Made by a program: the position numbers and the translations under genes. Under the pieces are notes generated by a model, which made no database searches, was not told the origin of the DNA, and worked only from the letters and a program-made list of their open reading frames with translations. Below are positions 51,203 to 59,904 of a stretch of DNA of 64,000 nucleotides, piece after piece (the stretch's first letter is position 1; every line of letters starts with the position of its first letter). This DNA is from a virus (lineage: Duplodnaviria > Caudoviricetes). The DNA is taken from positions 1 through 64,000 of the IMG/VR virus record IMGVR_UViG_3300010340_000989; one strand, 5' to 3'.

Positions 51203-52067
51203 TATAGTTCATTATTAATAGTTCAGTTCCTTTAGTAGTTTCTTGGCCTTTCTTAGCTCCTGATATCTTATTAAATTCCTTTTCCTCCCAATGAAATTGG
51301 TCTCTTGGAAACCATTCCTCTAACTCTGGAAAATAATAGTATGATAATGACCACTTTGCTTCTAATTTTTTAATACAATCAGCTAATCTCTTATGTGTTT
51401 CTAATCCAAATTCATGATTACTATAATACTTTTCACAGTTATAGTATGGAGGATCTAAATAGAAATATGTTTCTGGACTATCATATTTTAACATTAAATT
51501 CTCAAAATCTATACTCTCAACATTTGTAATTTTATCTAGGTGATTTAATATATTCTTACCATGATTAGAACCATTCATTTTTTTTCTAAATGATTCAAAC
51601 TTACAGTTATATTTACCCTTCAAATCTATAAAAGAACTAGTTTCTGGCTTAGATCCAGAAAAAACTTGTGATAATACATATGAATATTTAACTGCATTTT
51701 GATAATCTGGATTATCCATATCTAATTTTGGTTGGTTTTTAAAAATATCTTTTTGATATTCATCAAACCATTTTTTAAATTTCGGATCGGTTGGGGATCC
51801 ATCTTTTCTTCTCTGCTGACATTCTTGACTTTCCAAGAATGTATAAAACTCTTTATATTTTCTAGCACAAGCAAATATATTAGCATTTAGAACATTAAAA
51901 TCATTATAGATTACTTTCTCTAAATCAGGATATTTATCTAAATCCATAGTTAAATAAACATTAAACATACCACTAAATGGTTCAGAAAATACTTTTATAT
52001 CTTTTGGGATAAAATCTACAATCCACTTACCCATTGAGCCACCTTTGGCACCCATGTAACTTATCAT
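51180..52067 (-). CDS. Dam-like N6-adenine DNA methyltransferase (D12 class)
   Basis: YMGAK, EPFSG, YNDFN, YLDPPY, ELLIMNY. Confidence 0.88.
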   Translation of the reverse strand: MISYMGAKGGSMGKWIVDFIPKDIKVFSEPFSGMFNVYLTMDLDKYPDLEKVIYNDFNVLNANIFACARKYKEFYTFLESQECQQRRKDGSPTDPKFKKWFDEYQKDIFKNQPKLDMDNPDYQNAVKYSYVLSQVFSGSKPETSSFIDLKGKYNCKFESFRKKMNGSNHGKNILNHLDKITNVESIDFENLMLKYDSPETYFYLDPPYYNCEKYYSNHEFGLETHKRLADCIKKLEAKWSLSYYYFPELEEWFPRDQFHWEEKEFNKISGAKKGQETTKGTELLIMNYNVSTTTN

Positions 52068-52080
52068 CTATTTAATTATT

Positions 52081-52860
52081 TTATATTTTATTTCCTTTAC
52101 TCAAATTATCAAATGCCCATAACGGTTGTAAATTTTTAAGAGAATTTACAATATCAACTGGAGTTTCCGGATCATAAGATGAAACTGGTTTTATATGATC
52201 AATATGCCATTCTCCATAATTATCCCAACTCATACCTTCCACAAATAAGCTTTCAATATACTCTTTTAATTCTATTGATGAATATCCAAGAAGTTTAATT
52301 GTCTCATCATCTTTCTTCTTACCAAATCTTTTTAGTGTATTTGTTAATATTGTTCTCCATGCTAAAATATGAGGACATCTTTTTTTAATTGATTTATACC
52401 AATTTTTTCTGTGTTTCTTAGAAGATTCTGATTTAGAATATCTTTTTCTATACTCTTTTATTTTATCTGAATTATTTTCTCTCCAAATTTTATTATATTC
52501 CTTATTTTCCTCTTTATATTTTTTATAATATTCTTTTAAAGATTCTATATTATCCTCTCTATATTTTTTATTATATTCAGACATATAATCTTTATTATTA
52601 TCTCTCCATTTTTTATTTTTTTCTAAAATATAATCTTTATTTTTTAAGTAATTTTTTATTCTTCTATCTCTCTTAACATCCTTTGGAATTAATTTATTCC
52701 TTTCTTTATTTTTTTGTTTATATTCATCAGTCGATCTTCTCTCTTTTTCTTTAATAAGAATACAGGATTTACATTGTGATTTTAATCCATCTTTCGAACT
52801 TTTAAATTTGTGAAACTCGTTAAAATCTTTTTTTATCTTACATTTACTACAAGTTTTCAT
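52081..52860 (-). CDS. HNH homing endonuclease
   Basis: CSKC..CKSC, K/E-rich repeats, WHIDHIKP..NLQPLW..DNLSKG; TAATATATA at 52881-52889 (-). Confidence 0.88.
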   Translation of the reverse strand: MKTCSKCKIKKDFNEFHKFKSSKDGLKSQCKSCILIKEKERRSTDEYKQKNKERNKLIPKDVKRDRRIKNYLKNKDYILEKNKKWRDNNKDYMSEYNKKYREDNIESLKEYYKKYKEENKEYNKIWRENNSDKIKEYRKRYSKSESSKKHRKNWYKSIKKRCPHILAWRTILTNTLKRFGKKKDDETIKLLGYSSIELKEYIESLFVEGMSWDNYGEWHIDHIKPVSSYDPETPVDIVNSLKNLQPLWAFDNLSKGNKI

Positions 52861-52894
52861 AAAACTAACATTTTTATATTTATATATTAAATTG

Positions 52895-53098
52895 TTAGTT
52901 TTCCCTCTTGTAAATTCTCTCTAAAAGTTCAAAAACATCAAAAGATTTTTCTCTTCTCATAAATTCGTCTAATCTTCCTTGAGGAATTCCTTTCTTTCTC
53001 CAAACCGAAAGAACTGGTCTAGACACATCAAAATAATTATCTATACTCTGACTATATTTCTTCTTTATAAAAAATTCTATGAACTCTATATCAATCAT
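52895..53098 (-). CDS. small Cro-like HTH protein
   Basis: YFDVSRPVLSVWRKKGIP..R. Confidence 0.55.
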   Translation of the reverse strand: MIDIEFIEFFIKKKYSQSIDNYFDVSRPVLSVWRKKGIPQGRLDEFMRREKSFDVFELLERIYKREN

Positions 53099-53143
53099 TT
53101 TGATATAATATTTTTAACTTTTAGTTGAAATAATGGTAATTGT

Positions 53144-53767
53144 TTAGTCTTCTTTCTTCTTCTTTTTGAATCGACTTCTATATCCTTTGAAATTAGGATT
53201 CTTTTTAGGTTCTTTTAATCTAAATGTGACAACTTTTTTACCATTTATTGTTGGCATTCCTGTTTCATCTTTGTCAATCTTCTTGATAACAGTTTTCTTA
53301 TTTTTAAATCGTCCCATATATACAGTATCTCCAACTTCAACATCGATAGTTATTTTCTCAGATAAAGGTTTTTTCTCATACCAAAGTCCTAGTTCCAATA
53401 CTTGATTTGTAGTCAATGCTTTTTTTACTTCATCTAATAAATTAACACCGTCCCAATTAAAATTATCATAATCATCTCCATATTCACCAGGAACCTCTGA
53501 TAAGAAATATCCCTCATCTTCTAAAAATGAATTTAAATGATCAAGTAAAGGTAATAATAATCTAAGTTCTTTATGTGTGAAGTCTATAAAGGTAATATCA
53601 ACATATGAATTCTTAGTTTTGGATTTTTTAGAATCCCACAAATAGTTTATAATATTTAATTTCCCTGTTCCTAAATCAAAAAAATCTGATAATATTAATT
53701 TACATTCTTGTATAATATATTCTTCATTAGATTCTTTAATAAATTGAACAAATTTAGATATTTTCAT
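53144..53767 (-). CDS. protein with capsid-targeting-like leader and basic C-terminus
   Basis: MKISKFVQFIKES; TAATATATA at 53772-53780 (-). Confidence 0.7.
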   Translation of the reverse strand: MKISKFVQFIKESNEEYIIQECKLILSDFFDLGTGKLNIINYLWDSKKSKTKNSYVDITFIDFTHKELRLLLPLLDHLNSFLEDEGYFLSEVPGEYGDDYDNFNWDGVNLLDEVKKALTTNQVLELGLWYEKKPLSEKITIDVEVGDTVYMGRFKNKKTVIKKIDKDETGMPTINGKKVVTFRLKEPKKNPNFKGYRSRFKKKKKED

Positions 53768-53777
53768 TAAGTATATA

Positions 53778-54041
53778 TTAGATACCTAGAATTGATAAAT
53801 TTAACTCACGAAGATCCATAATATCATCTTTGTGTAGTTCATATCCTCTATAATCACCATCATCTAAATCATCGAATATATAAAATACCCAGTGATCATT
53901 AAGAAATGTTCCAGTCCATATAAATGCTAGATTGTATATTTTATTTTTGGTAAGCAACTTCTTACCAAAGAATATTGATGATTCTTTAGCATAAATATCT
54001 TCACCAATATATTTAATCTTATTTATCTTCAAGTATATCAT
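53778..54041 (-). CDS. small beta-barrel-like protein with C-terminal tag
   Basis: LTKNKIY; ends RELNLSILGI. Confidence 0.68.
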   Translation of the reverse strand: MIYLKINKIKYIGEDIYAKESSIFFGKKLLTKNKIYNLAFIWTGTFLNDHWVFYIFDDLDDGDYRGYELHKDDIMDLRELNLSILGI

Positions 54042-54543
54042 CTATTTTACCGTCTCGAGTTGCTGCCTTGCTAACAGTTTTTTTCAACTGCGTGATATAA
54101 TTATCATATTTATCATTTAATTCTTTTTCTGAGAAATATTTATTTCTTTTTTCTAAAAAGTCGAATATATCTTTTTGAATACTTTTTGATTCATCAACCC
54201 AACTAATAAAATAAAAAGAATCTACTTCTCTTGTGTAATAATTAGTATCATGAGAAATTATCATTTTTGTTAAATATTTATCTGACTCATATCCCCAAAG
54301 TGATGTTTCCGCCTTTTTAAAAATATCGACATGGAACTTAAATTGCATGTCTTTTTTTCTAATATCAAAACTATATTTAACAATTCTACCTTCAAATGTG
54401 GATTCACTATACTGTGGGTGAATATACTTAATAGATGATATATTATCCGGTCTGATCCACATATCATCTTCAAAAGAAATAACGGATTGATAAACTGTTG
54501 TTAATAAGTCTTTTAGTTTTTCATTTTTCATTTTATTCTTCAT
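54019..54543 (-). CDS. hypothetical protein with C-terminal tag
   Basis: Ends RDGKIDDILEDK. Confidence 0.72.
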   Translation of the reverse strand: MKNKMKNEKLKDLLTTVYQSVISFEDDMWIRPDNISSIKYIHPQYSESTFEGRIVKYSFDIRKKDMQFKFHVDIFKKAETSLWGYESDKYLTKMIISHDTNYYTREVDSFYFISWVDESKSIQKDIFDFLEKRNKYFSEKELNDKYDNYITQLKKTVSKAATRDGKIDDILEDK

Positions 54544-54781
54544 TTAATATGTTTTTTAGTTTGGCTTCTCGAAAAATTTGAGTAAATTTTTTATTATCAG
54601 ATAGTCCAATTATCTCATGTCTTTTATAAGAATAAAGTCTATTTTGGTTCATTTCATAAAAAACAACATCTCCATCATAGAATTCAACATAAATAAATCT
54701 ATCATCTAGTAATTTAGAAAATTTTATCTTACTAATACTAGTGCCAGGATATTGTTCGTGTATTATATCCTTAATGTTCAT
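54533..54781 (-). CDS. hypothetical protein with C-terminal tag
   Basis: Likely start ATG54781; ends REAKLKNILNEE. Confidence 0.68.
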   Translation of the reverse strand: MNIKDIIHEQYPGTSISKIKFSKLLDDRFIYVEFYDGDVVFYEMNQNRLYSYKRHEIIGLSDNKKFTQIFREAKLKNILNEE

Positions 54782-55022
54782 GATTACATTTTTTATGGTG
54801 TCTATAATCTCTAATACCAATTACTAAAGATGTGATTCCAATTATAGCCCAGATAAAAGCCAAAATCGGATTATGCATTAATTCATCAATCCAAGATTGA
54901 TGTTCATGAGATTCCATTGAATATGTTATTAAAAACATAGATTGGACAAATTGAATAATATGTGTTATTCCGTGTAGTAAATTTAAAACTCCAACCGAAA
55001 TAAGAAATAGTGATTTATTCAT
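54771..55022 (-). CDS. small two-TM, His-rich membrane protein
   Basis: Two hydrophobic segments. Confidence 0.65.
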   Translation of the reverse strand: MNKSLFLISVGVLNLLHGITHIIQFVQSMFLITYSMESHEHQSWIDELMHNPILAFIWAIIGITSLVIGIRDYRHHKKCNHEH

Positions 55023-55206
55023 TATTTAATATGTTATTAAGTGATATTTCTCTATATTCATCTATATCATAGAAATTATTAAAATCTGTTGTAATGATCT
55101 TATTTCTATCCGAAACTATTTTATATCTACAAGGCTTTACTTCAAGAACTTCATATGATTTACCCTTTGTTAGGTTATCTGTTTGTTTTTTCGATATTAC
55201 TATCAT
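55015..55206 (-). CDS. small beta-barrel-like protein with C-terminal tag
   Basis: NLTKGKSYEV; ends REISLNNILNNE. Confidence 0.7.
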   Translation of the reverse strand: MIVISKKQTDNLTKGKSYEVLEVKPCRYKIVSDRNKIITTDFNNFYDIDEYREISLNNILNNE

Positions 55207-55450
55207 TTAAAATTTTATTAAGTTTATAGTCACGAATTTCTCTTTCAAATTTTATTCTCGAATATGTATATGTTGCTAATGTCCTAGACTTATGATTCAA
55301 AACTAATTTTATTGTAAATGATTCATTATAATTTTGATGAAAATACATAGCCTCAATAATTTCTTTATCTTTTAACTTGGTCTTTGATAGTGTATTTTTG
55401 ATAAACCCTTCATCAAATCCCATATTTTTTAGTTTATCATCTATCCTCAT
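55175..55450 (-). CDS. hypothetical protein with C-terminal tag
   Basis: RDYKLNKIL. Confidence 0.7.
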   Translation of the reverse strand: MRIDDKLKNMGFDEGFIKNTLSKTKLKDKEIIEAMYFHQNYNESFTIKLVLNHKSRTLATYTYSRIKFEREIRDYKLNKILNDSNIEKTNR

Positions 55451-55709
55451 TTAAAATTTTATTAATTTTATAATCTCTTATAACAGGATTAATTTTATCT
55501 AAAATAAGTTTAACATGACTGCCATTTCCACTAGTATATCCAGAATAATACTCTGAAGCATTAATATCCCAATCTTTAATTAAATTAAAAATCACCTCAA
55601 AAAGTTCTGATTCAATTTCGTCTCTTGATGGACTTGGCATACCTGTAATACCTGTATTAGGTTTGGATGGTATGGGTGGTGTCGGAAATTTATTAGCTTT
55701 TATATTCAT
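55437..55709 (-). CDS. hypothetical protein with C-terminal tag
   Basis: RDYKINKIL. Confidence 0.7.
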   Translation of the reverse strand: MNIKANKFPTPPIPSKPNTGITGMPSPSRDEIESELFEVIFNLIKDWDINASEYYSGYTSGNGSHVKLILDKINPVIRDYKINKILNEDR

Positions 55710-55932
55710 TTGAGAGTATTATTTTAAATTTATTATCTCTTATCATTTCTTTTGTTAAAGGTTTTAACCTTTTTTGATCAGAACACCAAAAACATCTATT
55801 ACCTTCATGTTGATAATGAAATGTAAATGTATATGAACAATCTTCACAATAATATTCTTCACATTTATCACAAACATCTTCAAAGATATTAAGTGAATAA
55901 CAAATATGACAATATTTGACTTCTTCTGACAT
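55693..55932 (-). CDS. Cys-rich zinc-finger protein with C-terminal tag
   Basis: Four CxxC pairs; RDNKFKIIL; ATG55932. Confidence 0.7.
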   Translation of the reverse strand: MSEEVKYCHICYSLNIFEDVCDKCEEYYCEDCSYTFTFHYQHEGNRCFWCSDQKRLKPLTKEMIRDNKFKIILSNEYKS

Positions 55933-56087
55933 CAATCAACTTTTGAATCTGATAAAAAAACATCTAAAATTTTAAGTATAATGAGTTTTATTTCAGCTAA
56001 TTGACCTTCCTGATATTTTGTTTTTTCTTTTATAGATTCAAAAAAAGCTTTTCGTTCTAAAAGGTATTTATATATTTCCATTTCCAT
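55932..56087 (-). CDS. 51-aa hypothetical protein
   Basis: Not in track; MEMEIYKYLLERK...SDSKVD*, TGATG overlap with next gene. Confidence 0.55.
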   Translation of the reverse strand: MEMEIYKYLLERKAFFESIKEKTKYQEGQLAEIKLIILKILDVFLSDSKVD

Positions 56088-56108
56088 TTTATATATCTTT
56101 AAGTTATT

Positions 56109-56471
56109 TTATTTACCATAAACAAACCAAATTGGCTTTACTGATGCAAACATTCCCCAATCCTCGCTACCTACCCCACATCTTTCGGTTGATATTTCAA
56201 AAGCTACTTTTGTAGAACCATCAGTATCTGGTTCGATACCATTTGGAACTTTGTTATTTTCCCACCATCCCCAAGCAAAATCAATAGTTTGTTGAATATT
56301 AAATTTATAGGGAAATTTTTCACATTTATCAGAATATTTGGATAAAAATAGTTCGTTATTTTTTATTTTATATCCATCACATTTTTGATCTATTTGATCT
56401 AAAAAAATAAGACGAAACGCTTGTTCAAAAGATTCTTTAGATGTATTCCTAACTATTACTTCTATATTCAT
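56109..56471 (-). CDS. hypothetical protein
   Basis: EPDTDGS motif; TATATTTG at 56485-56492 (-). Confidence 0.7.
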   Translation of the reverse strand: MNIEVIVRNTSKESFEQAFRLIFLDQIDQKCDGYKIKNNELFLSKYSDKCEKFPYKFNIQQTIDFAWGWWENNKVPNGIEPDTDGSTKVAFEISTERCGVGSEDWGMFASVKPIWFVYGK

Positions 56472-56517
56472 ATTTAATTTTTTTCAAATATAGTTAAAAT
56501 TTTAATATATAACAAAT

Positions 56518-56769
56518 ATGAATCTAATGAAATTTGAAAATTTTAAAAGCAGAGGCGAAATAAGAAAAGAAGCTGATCAACTTCTTGGTAATCTACATGC
56601 AGCCTTACTTGGTAATATTGCTTATGATAATAGAGAAAATATTAAAAAATCAGTAGAAAATATTAAAAATTCTAATATAAATTGGGATAAAGATGTTGTA
56701 AAATCTGTTAGAGAAAAGTATAATGAATTAATGAAAGCATTAGAATGGCATATGAATAATTGGAATTAA
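56518..56769 (+). CDS. small protein with capsid-targeting-like leader
   Basis: MNLMKFENF; TAATATATA at 56503-56511. Confidence 0.7.
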   Translation: MNLMKFENFKSRGEIRKEADQLLGNLHAALLGNIAYDNRENIKKSVENIKNSNINWDKDVVKSVREKYNELMKALEWHMNNWN

Positions 56770-56990
56770 ATTAAAATTGACAACTTTTTATCTCTATATT
56801 CAGTCAAACTTAAAAATCTATTTGAACAATAATAGAAAGATTCTCCAACATCATTAGTTATTAAATACTCTTTTAAATCTTTTATAGAATCAATATTTTT
56901 CGAAACAAAATATTTCTCACCGATTGTTAAATTAACTATATCACTTGATGCACCATCACAAACACCATTATTAATACAAACTACCCACAT
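56766..56990 (-). CDS. small beta-barrel-like protein with C-terminal tag
   Basis: VVCINN..NLTIGEKY; ends RDKKLSILI. Confidence 0.72.
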   Translation of the reverse strand: MWVVCINNGVCDGASSDIVNLTIGEKYFVSKNIDSIKDLKEYLITNDVGESFYYCSNRFLSLTEYRDKKLSILI

Positions 56991-57319
56991 AAACTATGTA
57001 TTTTTTGGGATCTGATAATATCTCTATTATAATAGAGATATAGTTTTTCATATTCAGGAATGTCACATTCTATCCAAATTGTTCTATCACTGCCATAAAC
57101 TATCTCTGGTAAATACTTTTCAAGAGGTTTGGCATTATAGTTAGTTCCTAATACATACCATTTGTTATCTATTCTCTTCCAATTCACTGATATACCAAAC
57201 CAAACAACCTCACCATTTTTATATTCGACTCTTTGTGTATTGTATGGTCTAATTGATGTGTTTTCAATTGAGTATTCAAATTCAAAATGTTCCGTTTTAT
57301 TTACTAGATTTATAGTCAT
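56981..57319 (-). CDS. hypothetical protein with C-terminal tag
   Basis: Ends RSQKIHSLCG. Confidence 0.65.
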   Translation of the reverse strand: MTINLVNKTEHFEFEYSIENTSIRPYNTQRVEYKNGEVVWFGISVNWKRIDNKWYVLGTNYNAKPLEKYLPEIVYGSDRTIWIECDIPEYEKLYLYYNRDIIRSQKIHSLCG

Positions 57320-57680
57320 TATATAATTCTTTTATTTTATTGAATTTCTTATAATTTTCAAAAACATCTGATAAATCTGGATGAATTATAGAATCGACAT
57401 TTGATTTTGTAAAAAACGGATTTGTAGAGCATATAATTTTTTCCGAACTTCTAATAAATTGATATTGTTTTAGATACTTTTTCATAATTGTCGTGCAAAG
57501 TAGTTCATAATGTGAATAAAGTTTGTTCTTTTTAGTAAAAGGGAATAGTTTATAAACTTTTATAAGTTCTATAATTCTGGATTCATCATCAATATTTTCA
57601 AAATCAAAATTACTAAGATCTATAAAAGGTATATTATCACTTTTTAGTAAATTAAAAAACACTTCTAAAAAATTATTCAT
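57297..57680 (-). CDS. hypothetical protein
   Basis: ORF in operon; weak tag-like KFNKIKELY. Confidence 0.65.
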   Translation of the reverse strand: MNNFLEVFFNLLKSDNIPFIDLSNFDFENIDDESRIIELIKVYKLFPFTKKNKLYSHYELLCTTIMKKYLKQYQFIRSSEKIICSTNPFFTKSNVDSIIHPDLSDVFENYKKFNKIKELYNDYKSSK

Positions 57681-57982
57681 TCTATCAAAAAATCTATTTT
57701 ATATTCTCTTTCTAATGTGAGAATTTTTAACCAAGTTCCTGTTAAATCACTATTATTATAAATATATCCATCTATTTTACCATAATTGGATTTTTTAAAA
57801 TCTGATACTAATACATCTCTAATTTCATTCTCATTCGGACATTTAAAATTATTTTCTTCACAAGGTCTATCTAGTATATATGCGTTACTTAGATATAAGT
57901 AATCGGAAATAACTTTGAATACAGAATATTCTAAATTTTGATTATCAATATAAGTTAATTTAATTTTTTCAACTTTTATCAT
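57677..57982 (-). CDS. hypothetical protein with C-terminal tag
   Basis: Ends REYKIDFLIE. Confidence 0.68.
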   Translation of the reverse strand: MIKVEKIKLTYIDNQNLEYSVFKVISDYLYLSNAYILDRPCEENNFKCPNENEIRDVLVSDFKKSNYGKIDGYIYNNSDLTGTWLKILTLEREYKIDFLIE

Positions 57983-58247
57983 TTAATAAATCATTAATTT
58001 TAATATCTCTGTTTTTAATAGTTGTTGGTGGTAGTTTTTTAACATCTTCAATTGTTTGAATAACTTGTTCAGGATTTAGATATCCCATAACATCATTTGT
58101 TATTGGAGTTTCATAACATATCTCATAATCTTCTTCTTCTCCAATTAAAATAGCGATTTCATATAAACCATTTAGACCACCATAAGAGAATTCATTTGAT
58201 ATTATACTAATACCATATCCATTTGAGTAAAAATATTTTTGATCCAT
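57969..58247 (-). CDS. conserved phage protein (NGYG.S...SYGG..GLYE.A) with C-terminal tag
   Basis: TPITNDVMGYL; ends RDIKINDLLN. Confidence 0.72.
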   Translation of the reverse strand: MDQKYFYSNGYGISIISNEFSYGGLNGLYEIAILIGEEEDYEICYETPITNDVMGYLNPEQVIQTIEDVKKLPPTTIKNRDIKINDLLNDKS

Positions 58248-58319
58248 TTATGATTATATTTAAGATAAACTAATAGTTGTTATTCGATATATTTTATTAT
58301 TTTAATATATAACAAATAT

Positions 58320-59018
58320 ATGAAATATTTAAAAAGATTCAAACAAATTTGTAAGAAAAATCAATTTATTAAAGAATCTAATCAGAAATTCGATGGTGAT
58401 GATAGATGGGTGGAATATGATCCTGCAGATAGTGGAATATCAGCTAAACGAATATGGAGATACCCTATATCTAGTAGATTCAATTGTTTAGTAAGAATGA
58501 CGGGTCAGAATGGATTTTATGATTTTGTTTTTTATTTCGAAGATATAGAATTAGATCGAAGATATTTTATGGATTATCTATATAAGGAACCTATTTCATA
58601 TAGAGGTTATAGAAAATTAAATTCTAATAATGCGATAGAAATATGTAAAGATCAATTGGATTTTTATAAACAAATAGAGCTTTTCCCAACAGAAAATGAG
58701 ATAAAAGAGTCACTTTATGTTTTTAAAGATGAGGATATTTACTTAAATGAAGATGGTGAAATAAAATATGGATATAGATACGAAAAATCATCTGATCCTG
58801 ATAACTCTGATTTAGTAGAGTGGCATTATAGAAAATTCAATGCAGGATTTATATGTGCTTTCATTATGGAAAAATATGAAAACAAATTTCCAGATAATAT
58901 TTCATCGCTAATAAATGAATTTAAATTTAATATTGAGAATATTACTAACAATGAATATGAGATAGAATATTATATTGATACTAGAGGATTGGTAATAATA
59001 TTAGACCCATCATATTGA
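58320..59018 (+). CDS. protein with capsid-targeting-like leader; paralog of 61833
   Basis: MKYLKRF..QFIKES; W.E.DP...GISA; TAATATATA at 58303-58311. Confidence 0.75.
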   Translation: MKYLKRFKQICKKNQFIKESNQKFDGDDRWVEYDPADSGISAKRIWRYPISSRFNCLVRMTGQNGFYDFVFYFEDIELDRRYFMDYLYKEPISYRGYRKLNSNNAIEICKDQLDFYKQIELFPTENEIKESLYVFKDEDIYLNEDGEIKYGYRYEKSSDPDNSDLVEWHYRKFNAGFICAFIMEKYENKFPDNISSLINEFKFNIENITNNEYEIEYYIDTRGLVIILDPSY

Positions 59019-59028
59019 TGGGTCTAAT
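59000..59028. terminator. perfect 13-bp hairpin between convergent genes
   Basis: attagacccatca-tat-tgatgggtctaat with A/T-rich flanks. Confidence 0.7.
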
Positions 59029-59033
59029 TTAAT

Positions 59034-59213
59034 TTAATTTTCTAATACTTTATCGATATTAGCTTCTCTAATTTTTGCTCGAATCCAAGAAGTATCTTTT
59101 TCTAAGTCACTATCTGTAATAGATAATTGATCCATAATTGTTTTTAACAGAAGATTTCTGTTTTCATAGTAATAGCTTTGTTTTTCTGACATTTCGCCTT
59201 CTTGTGAAATCAT
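59034..59213 (-). CDS. 59-aa protein with C-terminal tag
   Basis: Not in track; MISQEGEM...IRAKIREANIDKVLEN*. Confidence 0.68.
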   Translation of the reverse strand: MISQEGEMSEKQSYYYENRNLLLKTIMDQLSITDSDLEKDTSWIRAKIREANIDKVLEN

Positions 59214-59249
59214 AATATTTATTTATTTTATTAGTTATAATTTTTATTT

Positions 59250-59495
59250 TTAAATAAGTTGATCTAATAATTGATCAATTATTAAATCTCTTTTATTTTT
59301 AATCCACTCTTTATATAACTCAATTTTAACTATTTCAAACCAATAACTGCCAGGAAATCCATGATTTCCTATTTTAATATCGATATACACATAACCAATT
59401 TTAAATGATTCACAAAATGTATCAAGACCATGATGATCGTTATAAGAACGACATTCTTGTAAAAATTTTGTCAATAACTTTTCATTAACTTCCAT
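59250..59495 (-). CDS. hypothetical protein with C-terminal tag
   Basis: Ends RDLIIDQLLDQLI. Confidence 0.68.
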   Translation of the reverse strand: MEVNEKLLTKFLQECRSYNDHHGLDTFCESFKIGYVYIDIKIGNHGFPGSYWFEIVKIELYKEWIKNKRDLIIDQLLDQLI

Positions 59496-59548
59496 TGAGT
59501 CTTTTTATTTAATTAATTGAATTTTTTCTTTTTAACTCACATTCGAAT

Positions 59549-59574
59549 TTATATAATTAAAATATTAAAAGTTT
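59549..59574 (-). promoter_or_regulatory. putative middle-type promoter AAACTT-N13-TATATAA
   Basis: Recurrent bipartite motif. Confidence 0.45.
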
Positions 59575-59619
59575 TATATATACATTATCATTGATAAATG
59601 TTAAAAAATAAATAAATTT

Positions 59620-59904
59620 ATGCATATAAAGAAATTTAACAATTTAGAACCACTAAATGAAGCAACTACTGAAAGTTATAAATACAAAAATGAACCTAAT
59701 CCTATTATTGATAAGTCTAAAAATTGGATAATTAATAACCCAAATCTTGCTAGAACAAAACCAGAAGATGCTGATTTTTTTAAAATTGAAGTTTTCGGAT
59801 ATAATCATAAAAAAGTTGCTGATGATCTTTATGAATCTCTTAAAGAGAGTGGATTTTTAGATAAATATCCTTTATTTTCAATAAAAATATCACCTATGCA
59901 ATGA
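59620..59904 (+). CDS. protein with capsid-targeting-like leader
   Basis: MHIKKFNNLEPLNEA. Confidence 0.68.
   Translation: MHIKKFNNLEPLNEATTESYKYKNEPNPIIDKSKNWIINNPNLARTKPEDADFFKIEVFGYNHKKVADDLYESLKESGFLDKYPLFSIKISPMQ

Noticed and set aside
54771-55022. Holin call
   Set aside because: Lies in an early-type operon with no adjacent endolysin; two TM segments alone are insufficient.
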